Positions 49,264 to 61,329 of a stretch of 64,000 nt of DNA are shown here, piece after piece (the first letter of the stretch is position 1; the number at the start of each line of letters is the position of its first letter). The position numbers and the translations under genes were made by a program. Origin of the DNA: the human T2T-CHM13v2.0 reference genome, Homo sapiens; assembly GCF_009914755.1 (NCBI RefSeq), contig NC_060925.1; one strand, written 5' to 3'. A model generated the notes under the pieces. It was not told the origin of the DNA, ran no database searches, and saw only the letters and a list, made by a program, of their open reading frames with translations.

Positions 49264-49674
49264 GGTGTTAACACCCCCACGAGCCGGACACCTGCACACA
49301 CGACCCACGTCACCTGCACGACCTTGCACGACCTCCCTATGCAGCAGGTGCTGTCGTGGTCCCCACTCCACAGGGGAGGAGGTCGAGTGCTTCCCAGATC
49401 ACACAGCCCACAGGGGTGGAGGCTCAGAGACAGGCTTTCTGTCTCTACCCCAGACCCCCCATTGCACTTGTCAGCAAACTCTGACAAGAGTTTGGCTTTC
49501 TGAGGACAGAAAGCACGGCTCTGAGCCTCCACCCCTGCGGGCTGTGTGATCTGGGAAGCATTCAACTTCCTCCCATGTGGAGCGGGGACCATGACAGCAC
49601 CTGCTGCATAGGGAGGTCGTGCAGGTGATGTGGGTCGTGTGTGCAGGTGCCCGGCTCATGGGGGTGTTAACACC
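49264..49674. repeat. Long inverted repeat (arms 49264-49443 and 49505-49674; 61-bp spacer) derived from MIR-like sequence
   Basis: Hand alignment of the left arm to the reverse complement of the right arm gives 13 mismatches over 170 bp plus one 10-bp indel. Confidence 0.95.
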
Positions 49675-49779
49675 CATCACCGTGGGGCTGCCCCCCAGCA
49701 ACCATGCCCCTCCTCCACTCACAAAACCCTGGGGTTTATTCTGTAGCCCTATAGGCTCAGACCTGAGGGACCCTCCAGC

Positions 49780-50598
49780 CCTGGGGTGAAGCTGAGCCAG
49801 GCACTCCATTCCCCTTCTCCAGAGATTGTTTTAGGCGTGAGCACACAACCTAGACCTGGCCATTGGGGTGAGAGAGGAAATTTGCTCTTGGGAAACAACT
49901 GCTTTTAGGAAGCATCCCTTTCTGCCCCTGCCTCCTCCTTTGAATGCGGTCATGAGGGCACTTGATGTCTGGTTGTGGCAGCCATCTTGCAACCATGAGG
50001 CAACAAGCTATGGATTAAAAAGCCTGCATAGCCAAAGATGGTAAAGAGGGAAGAAGTATTTGTTGACATCCCGGAGCATCTGACCAAGCGGGAACCACCT
50101 TCCTCTAGAACAGGGGCCAGCAAACATACTCTGTGAAGGGAAAGATAGTAAACACTTTAGACTTTGTGAGCCAAGAGACAAAATCAAGGATATAATGTAA
50201 GTATTAATTTAATAAGAGAAAAAACAAATTTCCACAAATTTCATCAAAATGTATTGATGAAATTCAAAATATAACAATCAAGGACAATTTTTTATAACCC
50301 AGATGTAATGAAAACAATGACATTCTCTTTTGCAGGGGGGAATAACATTTTTCTTACTTGGGATTCAAATTTCGTTTCGCTTTTCCTGTTGTCCAATCAA
50401 TTAAGAATGTTTGTGTATGAAAGCCATCCTTAGCTTGTGAGCTGAACGAAAGCACTCAGTGGCGCTAATTGGCCCACAGTCTGCAGCCGGACAATCCTTG
50501 CTCTAAAACATCAGGTTCTATGAGAACATTTCATGTCTCAATTGCTTGAGCCCCTGTTGTCGGGTTTTCTGTTGTACACTGCCCACACATTCTAATGG
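49780..50598 (+). mobile_element. MLT1K-like LTR split by MER58
   Basis: gtggcagccatcttgcaaccatgagg; resumes after 50508 with ttgcttgagcccctgttgtcgggttttctgtt. Confidence 0.7.
50111..50500. mobile_element. MER58 (MER58D-like) hAT-Charlie MITE
   Basis: caggggccagcaaac..ccttg termini; 8-bp TSD ctctagaa/ctctaaaa. Confidence 0.85.
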
Positions 50599-51469
50599 AA
50601 GTGCCTACTGTGTGCCAAGCACCCATCTCTCCTAAGATTCATGGCCATCTGACTACATGCCATGTCCCTGGGATCTGTCTATAAGGTCTTTATAACCCCA
50701 GAGCCCTATACAGATAATGATCCATGGTGAGCCCTAATCAACACGTGAATAATACGAATGAATCTGTGAATTAATTAATGAATGAACAAATAAATGAAGC
50801 ACTTTGGGAACTGAAAAGTGCCAAGTCCACACACAGGGTTAGGCTCTGGCAGGTGGACACAGAGGTGCAGGGATCAGAGAAAATATAGAGGCAGCTCCCG
50901 GCCCACACCCCTCACCCTGGCTTCAGCAGGGATGAGGGTGCCATCATCCTCCCAGAGCTCCCTCCTGCTTTCACACACCTCAAGTCTGTAAGGACCCACC
51001 TGCTCCCTTGAGCCTCCTCTGTTCTTGCCGGCTTTGACAGCAAAGCACCTCCCTCCCTTTCCCAAACACTGAAAAACAAGGCTTTGTGCTCTGTCATTTT
51101 CCTTCTAAAAACTCGTCGTGAGAAACCAAATGGTCATCATTATGCCAGCTGCAATTCTTTGCTGTGTTATTTTCTAAGAGATGGAGGACAGGGCACCGGG
51201 AGAGGGTGCAGTTGGGAGAAGTGGGAAGAAACATTTCAGGGTGAATAGGCTTTAAAATTTCAACTCCAGGTTTCACAGGGAGACTGGATTAAAGAATCAT
51301 TTCAAATGAATTTTGCCATCAGAGTGAGAGATATGTCTCACCAAAATGCTTTACTTTGACAGTTGGCTTCAAGAGGCTTGACAGAATTCATTTTTCCAGC
51401 AGACAAGAAGATCAAAGTATTAAACAAAATACATTCCACCGTGAGAACTCTGTTAGCCATTTGACATAA

Positions 51470-51881
<412 letters not shown>

Positions 51882-52141
51882 TCTTTTTTTTTTTTTAAGA
51901 CAGAGTCTTACTCTGTCACCCATGCTGGAGTGCAATGGTGCAATCACAGTTAACAGCTACCTTGACCTCCCAGGCTCAAGCCATCCTCCCACCTCAGCCT
52001 CCCCAATAGCTGGGACTACAGGCACACACCACCACACCTGGCTAATTTTTCTATTTTATTTTTTGTAGCGTCGGGGTCTTCCTATGTTGCCCAAGCTGGT
52101 CTCCATCTCCTAGGTTGAAGCAATCCTCCCGCCTCAGCCTC
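51882..52141 (-). mobile_element. AluJ, 5'-truncated
   Basis: ggctcaagccatcctcccacc etc.; runs into a CT-rich tract. Confidence 0.9.
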
Positions 52142-52204
52142 CTCCCTTCTTTTCTTCTCCCTCCCTCTCTCTTTCCTTCTCTTCCTCCTTCCTCTCTCTC
52201 CCTT

Positions 52205-52960
52205 TCCACATGTTTATTAGGGGCCTCTTAGGGAACTGCCCGGTGCTGGGGGATGACTGTGAACAAGTGAGTTCACGAAGCTTACATCCTATAAGACTTA
52301 TCTGAGAAAAAAAATCAGTATTTTGACAAGTACACTGAAGAATATAGCAAGGTGACAAGACAGAGTCCACCTGGGGACTGGGGTGGGATTAACAAAGCTG
52401 GTCACAAAAGGCCTTTCCGAGAGGGTAATATTGGAGCAGAGATCTGAAGGGTAGGTGTGTGCCCACCCCTCTGTGAAGCACAGAGGGAGAGCATTCCAGG
52501 CAGAGGCAACAGCTAATGTGCAGGCTCAGAGGCGAGAAAAAGCTCACCACCTGGAGGCAGGAGGTAGAGACCTCCTGGAGCTGGAGCATAGGACTTCAGA
52601 GGAGGGAGAAGGTCTGCTCAACTGAGGCATCCTGGAAGGCTTCCTGGAGGAGGTGTGATTCAAAGTTTGGTGGATTTCTGGGCGGGAGTGGGATTAGGCC
52701 TTGTGGGGAAGATACAAGGAGTCAGTGAGGGCGATGACTTCATACAGAGCACACAGCATGAGTGAGTATGAGGCATGTTTGAGTCACAGCAAGTGGTCAG
52801 GAGACAACACCACTCCAGACTGTGAGAGAAGGTGGGGACAAAAGTGATGAGGCTGGAAAGATGCTGGAGGCAAACTGTCAGGACCCTAAATGCCAGGCTA
52901 AAATCTTAAGACTACCAATGGGGTATCACTAGCGTTTTTGGAGAAAAGAAGGGATAAAAT
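52205..52960 (-). mobile_element. L2 fragments
   Basis: gagcattccaggcagaggcaacagc; ggaaggcttcctggaggaggtg; taaatgccaggctaa. Confidence 0.75.
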
Positions 52961-52964
52961 AGTA

Positions 52965-53152
52965 AGCCCTGTTTACTGAGCACATATTATGACCAGACAT
53001 CAGCCGGGCATTTAACAGATATTTGCCACTCATTTTTATAAAGCCCAATTTACAGATAGGGAAACTAAGGCTGAGAGCAGTTATGCAACTCATTCAAAGT
53101 CACACACCAATGAGAGGTGAGGTACCTGGGTCTGTCTGACTCCAAGGCCCTC
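52965..53152 (-). mobile_element. MIR
   Basis: cccaatttacagatagggaaactaaggctgagag..ggtctgtctgactcca. Confidence 0.85.
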
Positions 53153-53229
53153 ACTCCAAAATGATGACCACATGAGGGGAGGGGGTTGGAGGTGGAGTAA
53201 GGAACCCCTGGGGGTAGGGGGGTGCTAGA

Positions 53230-53577
53230 AGACAGCTCATTTTCTCCTGCTGTAACAGAATACCACAGATGGGGTAATTTATAAAAAACAGAAGTGTATT
53301 TGGCTGTCGGTTCTGGAGCTGGGAAGTCCAAGGGCACGGTGCTGCATCTGGCAAGGGTTCCTCCATGGTAGAAGACATTGGGTGGCAAGAAAGTGTGCAT
53401 GAGACAGAGAAATGGGACCAAATTGATCCTTCTATCAGGAGCCCACTCCCTACATATTGGCATTAATCCACTCATGAGGGTAGAGCCCCTCATGACCTAA
53501 GGCCCCACCTCTCAGTAGTGGTATATTGGCACTTGAATGTGGACATGAATTTTGGAGAGGGCATTCCAATCATAGCA
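53230..53577 (-). mobile_element. MST (MSTC-like) LTR
   Basis: ctgctgtaacagaataccacaga..gggaagtccaag..aatcatagca; flanked by ctaga on both sides. Confidence 0.8.
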
Positions 53578-54873
53578 CTAGATATCCAAGGAGGCATGAC
53601 CAAGCCCCAGACACTGCAGGGCTGTGGGAGGGGAGGTGGGGAAAGGGTGGGGAGTGAAGGTGCTCATCAGCCTCAAGGGCCAGGAAAGCTCAACAGAGCA
53701 GAGCTGAGGATGGAACAGGCCTTGGGGAGCAGGTAGGGGTGGGGAAGGTATGGGCCACATTTCCCAGACACCAGAGCAGTTCTCTAATGGGCTGGGGGGC
53801 CTGGCTCCCCCTTCTGCTGAGCCACTGCCCAGGATCCCAGGAGGAAGCCAAGAGGAGGAAACTCGGGCTGCAGTTGACAAACTCTGCTCCTAATCACTTA
53901 CTGATCCTCATTGGGACTAATTAACATTGCGTAAATGCTCACACTGGGTAATGGTGTATCTGATAAACAGTCTCAGGAGTGCTGAGGAGGCCCAGCAGTT
54001 ACAGGGGGAAACAGGACCATCAAAAGCCCTAGGACATTGACATCGGGCAGGTCTGGGTTTGAATTCTGGGTGCAGCCAGTTCCTGAATCAATGCCTCCCC
54101 AGCCTGAGATTATGCTCTTGAGCAGCTCCTTCCCCTTAGAGAGACCTGAGTGCTCTGTCCTTGTCAATTACTGGTACCACACATGACAGCCCTGCCCCAG
54201 CTTGTCACCTCACACCAGGGACATGGGGCCAGGATGGTGCACTGTGCCAGACTGGCTGTGGGCTCCCCAGAGCTCCTTGCCCACATTCTCACTCCTCAGG
54301 TTCATGGTTGAGAGCCCGACTGTGCAGCTGGATCTCCTGGGTTCAAACCCCAGTGATGTGTGACCGTGGACAAAGCATTCAACCCCTCTGTGCCCAGTCC
54401 CCTCATCTGCAAGTGGAGATGTGTTGGCTACTGCTATTGTCACCAATGCCTTCTTCCCCCTTCCTCCACCCCAGCTACCCTCACCCTCATCATCACCCCA
54501 TCTCTGCCCACACCTCGCTCCTGGATGTCTGGCCCCCTGTCTCGATGTGCAAGCTCATGGAGGCTTTGGGAGGAGACCCCAGGGATGGTTGTATTTCTCA
54601 GGGGCCCCAGAAACCTGAACAGCCTTTGAGGCCCACAAGGCTGTGTCCTCAGAGGGAGCAACTTCATCATCATGGCCTTTAGGGATAGATGACCCCACAG
54701 CTCCCATGCTGAGAAGCCTTCTCATTATGGTGCTTTTGGAGTAAGGATGAGGCAGTTACCAAGTACCCACAGGGCACCAAGTGATTGATCAGAGCAACTC
54801 TGGGAAGTGCAGCAATGATGCCCATTTCCCAGATGGAGAACGGAGGCTCCAGGAAGTAAAACGCCTACGAGGG

Positions 54874-55740
54874 TGATATTACTTGGATGTTGTCCCCTCT
54901 AAGTTGCATGTTGAATTGCAATCCCTAGTGTTGGAGGGCCTGGTGGGAGGGCTTTTGGCTTCACCCTGGAGAGAATTCAAGGGCCAGCCAGTGGTGTTAG
55001 ACAGCAACTTTTATTGAAGCAGCAGTGTGCAGCAGCAGCGTGCAGCAGCAGCAAAGGTACTGCTCCTCACAGAGCAGGGTTACCCTATAGGCAGTGTGCC
55101 CAGAGTAGCAGATCAAAGGCTGTTCTGTTGTCAGAACTCACTTTTAAATTATACCCAATTTTAATTATATGCAAATTAGGTGGCAGGTTATGCAAAAAAT
55201 TCTAGGGAAAGGGTAACTTCCAGGTGTTGCCATGGAAATGGTAAACTGACATGGCACACTGGTGAGTGTGTCTTATGGAAAGCTGCTTCCTCCCCACACT
55301 TGTCTTAGATAGTCCTCAATTTGTTCCGGTGTCCAAGCCACACGACCAGAGTTGAGTCCCGCCTCTTGAGGCAAGCCCTGCCTCTTACCTCAATCGGATC
55401 ACGGGGGTGGATTTCTCATGAATGGTTTAGCATAATCCCCTTGGTGCTGCCCCCACAATAGTAAATGATTTCTCATGAGATCTGGTTGTTTTAAAAGTGT
55501 ATGGCACCCCTCTCTCTCTTGCTCCCACTCCTGCCATGTGACATGTCTGCTCCCGCTTCCCCTTCCGCCTTTAGTAAGTTCCCTGAGGCCACTCCCTGAG
55601 GCCTCCGCAGAAGCCAAGCAGATGCCAGCACCACGCTTCCTGTACAGCCTCCAGAACCATGAGCCAATTAAACCTCTTTTCTTTATAAATTACCCACTCT
55701 CAGGCATTTCTTTATAGCAACACAAGACCAGCCTAACACA
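54874..55740 (+). mobile_element. MSTB LTR inside a MIR, split by MER66B
   Basis: TGATATTACTTGGATGTTGTCCCC..gaagccaagcagatgccagcacc..cagcctaacaca; MIR continues on both sides (cgagg/caagg). Confidence 0.85.
54945..55392 (-). mobile_element. MER66B-like ERV1 LTR, 3'-truncated
   Basis: Reverse strand starts TGAGGTAAGAGGCAGGG; contains aaattgaggacta, gtgccatgtcagtttacc, cttcaataaaagttgctgtctaacacc. Confidence 0.85.
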
Positions 55741-56427
55741 CAAGGTGGCACGAAGAGTAAGCAACTGAGTAAGGATTTGACCTCAGTCTGCCTGACTCTA
55801 AATTCTAGATTCCACTGCACCATATGGAGGACTTCTGGGTGACTTTTATGTGTTCAGCTCCAGGCTGGGCATCAGGGCACCGCAAAGATAAGGCAACCAT
55901 GGGAATGTGAGCACCATGAAGCCTGGGACCACCCCATTCCTGGTACAGGGAAGTTCCAAGTGTCTGACCACGCCAAGCCGCCTCCCTTACCCTCTCTGGA
56001 GCCCATCATGAGGATAGTTGCCTGGGTCCATCGCATGGCACCTGGAGCTGACAAAGCCCCTGCCTGAGCCCCGCAGCATATCCCAGTTCAAACAACTGCT
56101 CCCACAGGAGCCGTGATGGGGCCCAGCAGACACAGCTGATCCTGGAACACACAGACACTCACAAGGCCCCCAAGCGACATGGGAAGGTTTCCACCCCACT
56201 GGCATGACCAGCACAACCACTCCACAGGATCCTTTCATTGGACGGCCGTGAGGTCCAGGACTCCCCGGCCACCCTGCCCATTTCCTGCCAGACAGCTCAC
56301 TTACAATCATGCTACACACCTTCTACCAGCTGGCTCACCTCCTATCAGCCTACCCACATTCCTACACCTGGCTCACAGCCTACAAGAGCCTGTGTATCTC
56401 CTAGAGCTTGCTCATTTCCTATTAGCA

Positions 56428-56688
56428 GGCCCACCTCCTCCCTGCCTGCTTTTCTCCTCCCTGCCTGCTCACCTCCTCCCTGTCTGCCCACTTCCTCCTA
56501 CCTCCTCCTTACCTGCCCACCTCCTCTCTGCCTGCCCAGCTCCTCCCTGCCTGCTCACCTCCTCCCTGCCTGCTCACCTCCTCCCTGTCTACCTTCCTCC
56601 TCCCTGCCCGTTCACCTGCTCCCACCTTCTCCCTGCCTGCCTTCCTCCTACTTGCCTGATCACGTTCTGCCAGCCTGCTCACCTCTGA
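56428..56688. repeat. Degenerate C-rich 19-bp minisatellite (short block)
   Basis: cctgcctgctcacctcctc-type units. Confidence 0.9.
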
Positions 56689-57937
56689 CTAGTCTACAGA
56701 ATGATTGTGCCTTCTTTCACTTTTAGCAATTATGGGACATAGAAAATAAATAAAATAAATGTTCAGGGAGGCAGCAGGATTGCTGCAATCCATCCTTTCT
56801 CTCCAACTCCCAGCCTTTTCCTTCCCCATCACCTCCATCTGGACCCTTTTGCAGCTTCTTTTCAGCCTCCTGCTCCAGCTCCTGCCCCACAGTCCCTTCC
56901 TGATCAGCAGCCAGAGAGAGCAGTTATCTGCTCGTGCCTCCCTTGCTTAGACCCTTTATGAGCTCCCCATTGCTCCCAGGATGGAAGTGAAACTGCTCCC
57001 CACAGCTGACAAGAACCCACAGGTCCTTGCTATGAACCTTCTCCATGAACCTTGCCATGAACCTTCTCCACCTGATGGGCCTCCTCCATGTTTCTCACGT
57101 CGCCCCTGAGGCTGTGGCCCTGGCTCCATCTGATGCCTCTCGCTCTTCCCCTGAGCTGAGCCTGCACTTCACAGTCATGTGAAGTCAGTCCAGGGCGTCC
57201 CTGCTGATCTTGCCCTCACTGGGCACCCACAATGGCTGCACCAAGAGTGTGTCTTCCCGGGAGGGTCCTTGCATCACAGGAGACCTTCCCAGTCCTACTG
57301 ATGGGCCCCCACTGCTCCCCATCAGCAGCAGAGACCCCTCTTCTCTCCCCACCTGGGGCTGGCATTCCCGCGGGCAGTTCCTTCTCCTCTGCCCCAGGAG
57401 GATCATTTATCAATCACAGATGTGGGGCTATAGAGTCAGGACTGTGTGTCTATCTCCAGTGACCAGGTGCCAGGGAACCATTCAAATCCCAGCAATGTTG
57501 GGAAGGGGAGGAAACACGCCAACAAAACGTGGAGGGAGCAAAGAGGAAACAGAGATGTGTCTGGGAGATTAATCTGTCGCTCAGACATGAAAGAAATATG
57601 TTCAATTATATTTTATTGCATTTCATTGAAATGTACACGTCGTACTTAGCCGCCTGCAAGCCTAGGATTACCCAGAGAGAAGCACAATGAAAAACAAGGG
57701 AGAATGAAAACACAGATAAAAATGTTCCCGAAATCGAAATGATTTAGAAAGAAACAAAAACCAGGCTGGAGACAAAGAGGCCACTTGGCACCCAGACCCA
57801 CAGCACTGACGCCGGCCCCACAGACAGATCAGCAGAGTCAGGAAACCCAGGTTATAGTCTTGGACCTGCCGCCAACACGCTGTGCGACTTGGAGCGGATC
57901 ACTGCCCCCTCTGACTCTCATTTTCCATATGTCCTGT

Positions 57938-59262
57938 GGGACTTCTCCACAGCAGCATTATGGACTTCTGGGGGCTGGATAATTCTTTCTCATGGAGGAC
58001 CACCCTGTGTGCTATGGGATGCTCAGCAGCAGCTCTGGCTTCTACCCTTAGAGAAGGACCCACCACCTCCTCCCTGCCGGCTTTTCTCCTCCCTGCCTGC
58101 CCACCTCCTCCCTGCCTGCCCACTTCCTCCTACCTCCTCCTTACCCGCCCACCTCCTCCCTGCCTGCCCACTCCCTCCTACCTCCTCCTTACCCGCCCAC
58201 CTCCTCCCTGCCTGCCCACTCCCTCCTACCTCCTCCTTACCCGCCCACCTTCTCCCTGCCTGCTCACCTCCTCCCTGCCTGATCACCTCCTCCCTGCCTG
58301 CCCACTCCCTCCTACCTCCTCCTTACCCGCCCACCTTCTCCCTGCCTGCCCACCTCCTCCTACCTCCTCCTTACCCGCCCACCTCCTCCCTGCCTGCTCA
58401 CCTCCTCCCTGCCTGATCACCTCCTCCCTGCCTGCCCACCTCCTCCCTGCCTGCCCACTCCCTCCTACCTCCTCCTTACCCACCCACCTCCTCCCTGCCC
58501 ACCCACCTCCTCCCTGCCCGCCCACCTCCTCCCTGCCCGCCCACCTCCTCCCTGCCTGCCCACCTCCTCCCTGCCTGATCACCTCCTCCCTGCCTGCCCA
58601 CCTCCTCACGGCCTGCCCACCTCCTCCCTGCCTGATCACCTCCTCCCTGCCTGCCCACCTCCTCCCTGCCTGCCCACCTCCTCCCTGCCTGATCACCTCC
58701 TCCCTTCCTGCCCACCTCCTCCCTGCCTGATCACCTCCTCCCTGCCTGCTCACCTCCTCCCTGCCTGATCACCTCCTCCCTGCCTGATCACCTCCTCCCT
58801 GCCTGCCCACCTCCTCCCTGCCTGCCCACCTACTCCCTGCCTGCTCACCTCCTCCCTGCCTGCCCACCTCCTCCCTGCCTGATCACCTCCTCCCTGCCTG
58901 ATCACCTCCTCCCTGCCTGCTCACCTCCTCCCTGTCTGCTCACCTCCTCCCTGTCTGCCCACTCCCTCCTACCTCCTCCTTACCTGCCCACCTCCTCCCT
59001 GCCTGATCACCTCCTCCCTGCCTGCCCACCTCCTCCCTGCCTGATCACCTCCTCCCTGCCTGATCACCTCCTCCCTGCCTGATCACCTCCTCCCTGCCTG
59101 CCCACCTCCTCCCTGCCTGATCACCTCCTCCCTGCCTGATCACCTCCTCACTGCCTGCCCACCTCCTCTGCCTGCTCATCTCCAGCTGTGACAACTGAAA
59201 ATGTCTCCAGGCTTTGCCAGCTGTCCCCTGGGCAGCAAAATCTCCCTGAGTTGACAAACCTG
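57938..59262 (-). mobile_element. MER20 (hAT-Charlie) split by the minisatellite
   Basis: 57938-58052 (ggctggataattcttt..ctggcttctaccc) and 59181-59262 (cagctgtgacaactgaaaatgtctccag..tgtcccctggg..gcaaaatc) are the two halves of reverse MER20. Confidence 0.85.
58058..59178. repeat. ~1.1-kb 19-bp VNTR with variant units and a 48-bp higher-order unit
   Basis: cctgcctg(cc/ct/at)cacctcctc units; cctccttacccgc at 58136, 58184 and 58232. Confidence 0.97.
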
Positions 59263-59796
59263 AGCCAGATACCCTCTGAGTTCATGTGGGAGAGGGAAGA
59301 ACAAGAAGAGGGTCACAGTGATCCCCAGCCCAGGATAAAGGGAGACCCCAGAGACATCCGCTGGGGGCGAAGAGCCCATTGATGAATGGAGACCAAAGGG
59401 CACCTAACAGATCACAGCAGTTGTGTTGAGGCAGCAGAGGGTGGGCATAGGTGGATCTTAGCCACTCCTCCCTCCCTTCCAGTACATTCCCTTTGCCCTT
59501 GAAGTCCAGCCCCTGGGCTCTCTGCCCATCTCCACCAAAAGCCCTCTCAGGAAAGGCCCTGGAAATCCCCTCTCACTGCAGCCTAATTGGCTGATGTGGG
59601 GGAGGGGCAGGCACCTGGTCCCTCAGGGCAGCATTGTCCATTTGCAGACAGAGGTTTGTGGATCTTGGTGGGAGGGTGTTTAGGGACCCTCCAGGTTCCT
59701 GGCCACTGATTACACCTGCCCTCCAGGCAGGGAAACCATGCAAGGTACACCAGGCAGAGAAGCTGGGAAGGGACCACTGCTTAACACCCAGCTACC

Positions 59797-59840
59797 GTGT
59801 GTGAGTGTGTGTGCGTGTGTGTGAGAGAGAGAGAGAGAGA

Positions 59841-59872
<32 letters not shown>
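59797..59872. repeat. (TG)n(AG)n(TG)n compound microsatellite
   Basis: Direct. Confidence 0.93.
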
Positions 59873-60094
59873 AAGACCCGTGGCTCAGTGATAGTGCACA
59901 GCAGGTAGCAGCTCAGACACTCTTTAAGGCTGGCGCCAGTCCAGTGGTGAAGCTTTCTCATCTGTCAAGAGCAGAAAAAGATGCTCCAAGCAGGGTCTGA
60001 AGAAATAGAGTGAGCCAGGCACAGCCCTGGGCAGAATCTGGGCCCAAGCCTGGCTGAGCACTCACTGTGCCAGGCCTCAGTGAAACACATTGAC

Positions 60095-60450
60095 ATCCTT
60101 CCATGCATTCATTCAGCAAATATATACTGAGCATCTACTATGTGCTAGGCTCCCTTCTAGGCACTCGCAACAGCACTGGACAAAACACAAAAGCCTCCTG
60201 CAGAGCTTATATTGAAAGTCCTCCACAAATGGCCAACAGTAACCCACACTGATTGAGCACTCGCTGTGTGCCAGGTGGGAGCTGAACACTTTTCCTGGCT
60301 CATCTCTGAGTTAGAGATTATGCCCTCGTGTTAGATGGGAGAAACTGAGGCTTTGGGAGGTTAGTAACTTGCCCCATGTCCCACCCAGTAAGTTCTGGGG
60401 TCAAAATTCGAATCCAGGCAGTTCTGACCAGGTCTGTTTTCTGAACCCAA
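60095..60450 (-). mobile_element. L2 tail (60095-60210) followed by MIR (60235-60450)
   Basis: cattcattcagcaaatatatactgagcatctactatgtgctagg; gaaactgaggctttgggaggttagtaacttgccc. Confidence 0.8.
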
Positions 60451-61329
60451 CACTATCAGTAGTGACAATAGCACCATTATTTTTCTGAGTATTACTTTTA
60501 AACCACCCCATCATCAGATCCTACAGCAGCCAAGACACCAGTTGAGTGTCAGGACAGGTCAGAACTTCCAAGGCTGTGGCAATCATCACTGATGCTCACT
60601 GAGCTGGGTTGCCCAAGTGGCCCTCAATGGGCCCCGCATTTTACATGCATCAAGCCAGTAAATCTTCACAGAGACCAGAAGGGAGGCACATGATTACCCC
60701 CACAGCACAGTTGAGAAAGCTGAGGCCCAGTGAGGCTAAGTGACCTGACCGACGGTCTGCAGCTCGTAGGTATGAGACCCACATTCTTGAGAGCTCAGTG
60801 CAGCCTTTCTGGTCTCACCTAAGCCAGACATCCACTGAAACAGAATAGGGCAGGGACTAAGCCCCACACTCCTGGAGGAGTCCCATCTGCACTCGAGGTG
60901 CCCCATGGGTTCCCCGCCCCCCTCTACCTGACCCCAAGTCACTCCCTGGCCCCATCCGGATGGGGGTGTAAATGGGAACTTTACCCCACCCCTGCCCCCA
61001 TCTGACCTCAGAGCTCTAACCACAGTGGCTCAAACTATAGGCCTGCCAGAGCCCCGAGCCCTGCATCTGATGGGTGTGGGGGAGGAGGTGAAGGAAGAAG
61101 ATGACTGAGCCTTGGGCATGGATGGACTTTTCATGAAAACTCATCATGCATGAGAGACAGCCTCCCCTCCCCAGCCTGTATGCTCAGGCCTGTAGGCAAA
61201 GAGGAGCAGCCTCTGAGGGTTGTGGGGTCCTGAGGTCACGTAGCCCAGGTGGTAGCCCCAGTCTCCTCGTCCAGACCACCCAAGAGGGAAAGGCCCCCCA
61301 GAGATGGCATCCAACTGAATTCCAAAGCC

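Noticed and set aside
49265-49809. Two near-identical peptides on opposite strands as a gene pair
   Set aside because: By-product of the inverted repeat; non-ATG starts and no coding features.
57889-58753. Pro/Leu/Ser-rich ORFs of up to 264 aa
   Set aside because: Translations of the 19-bp VNTR.
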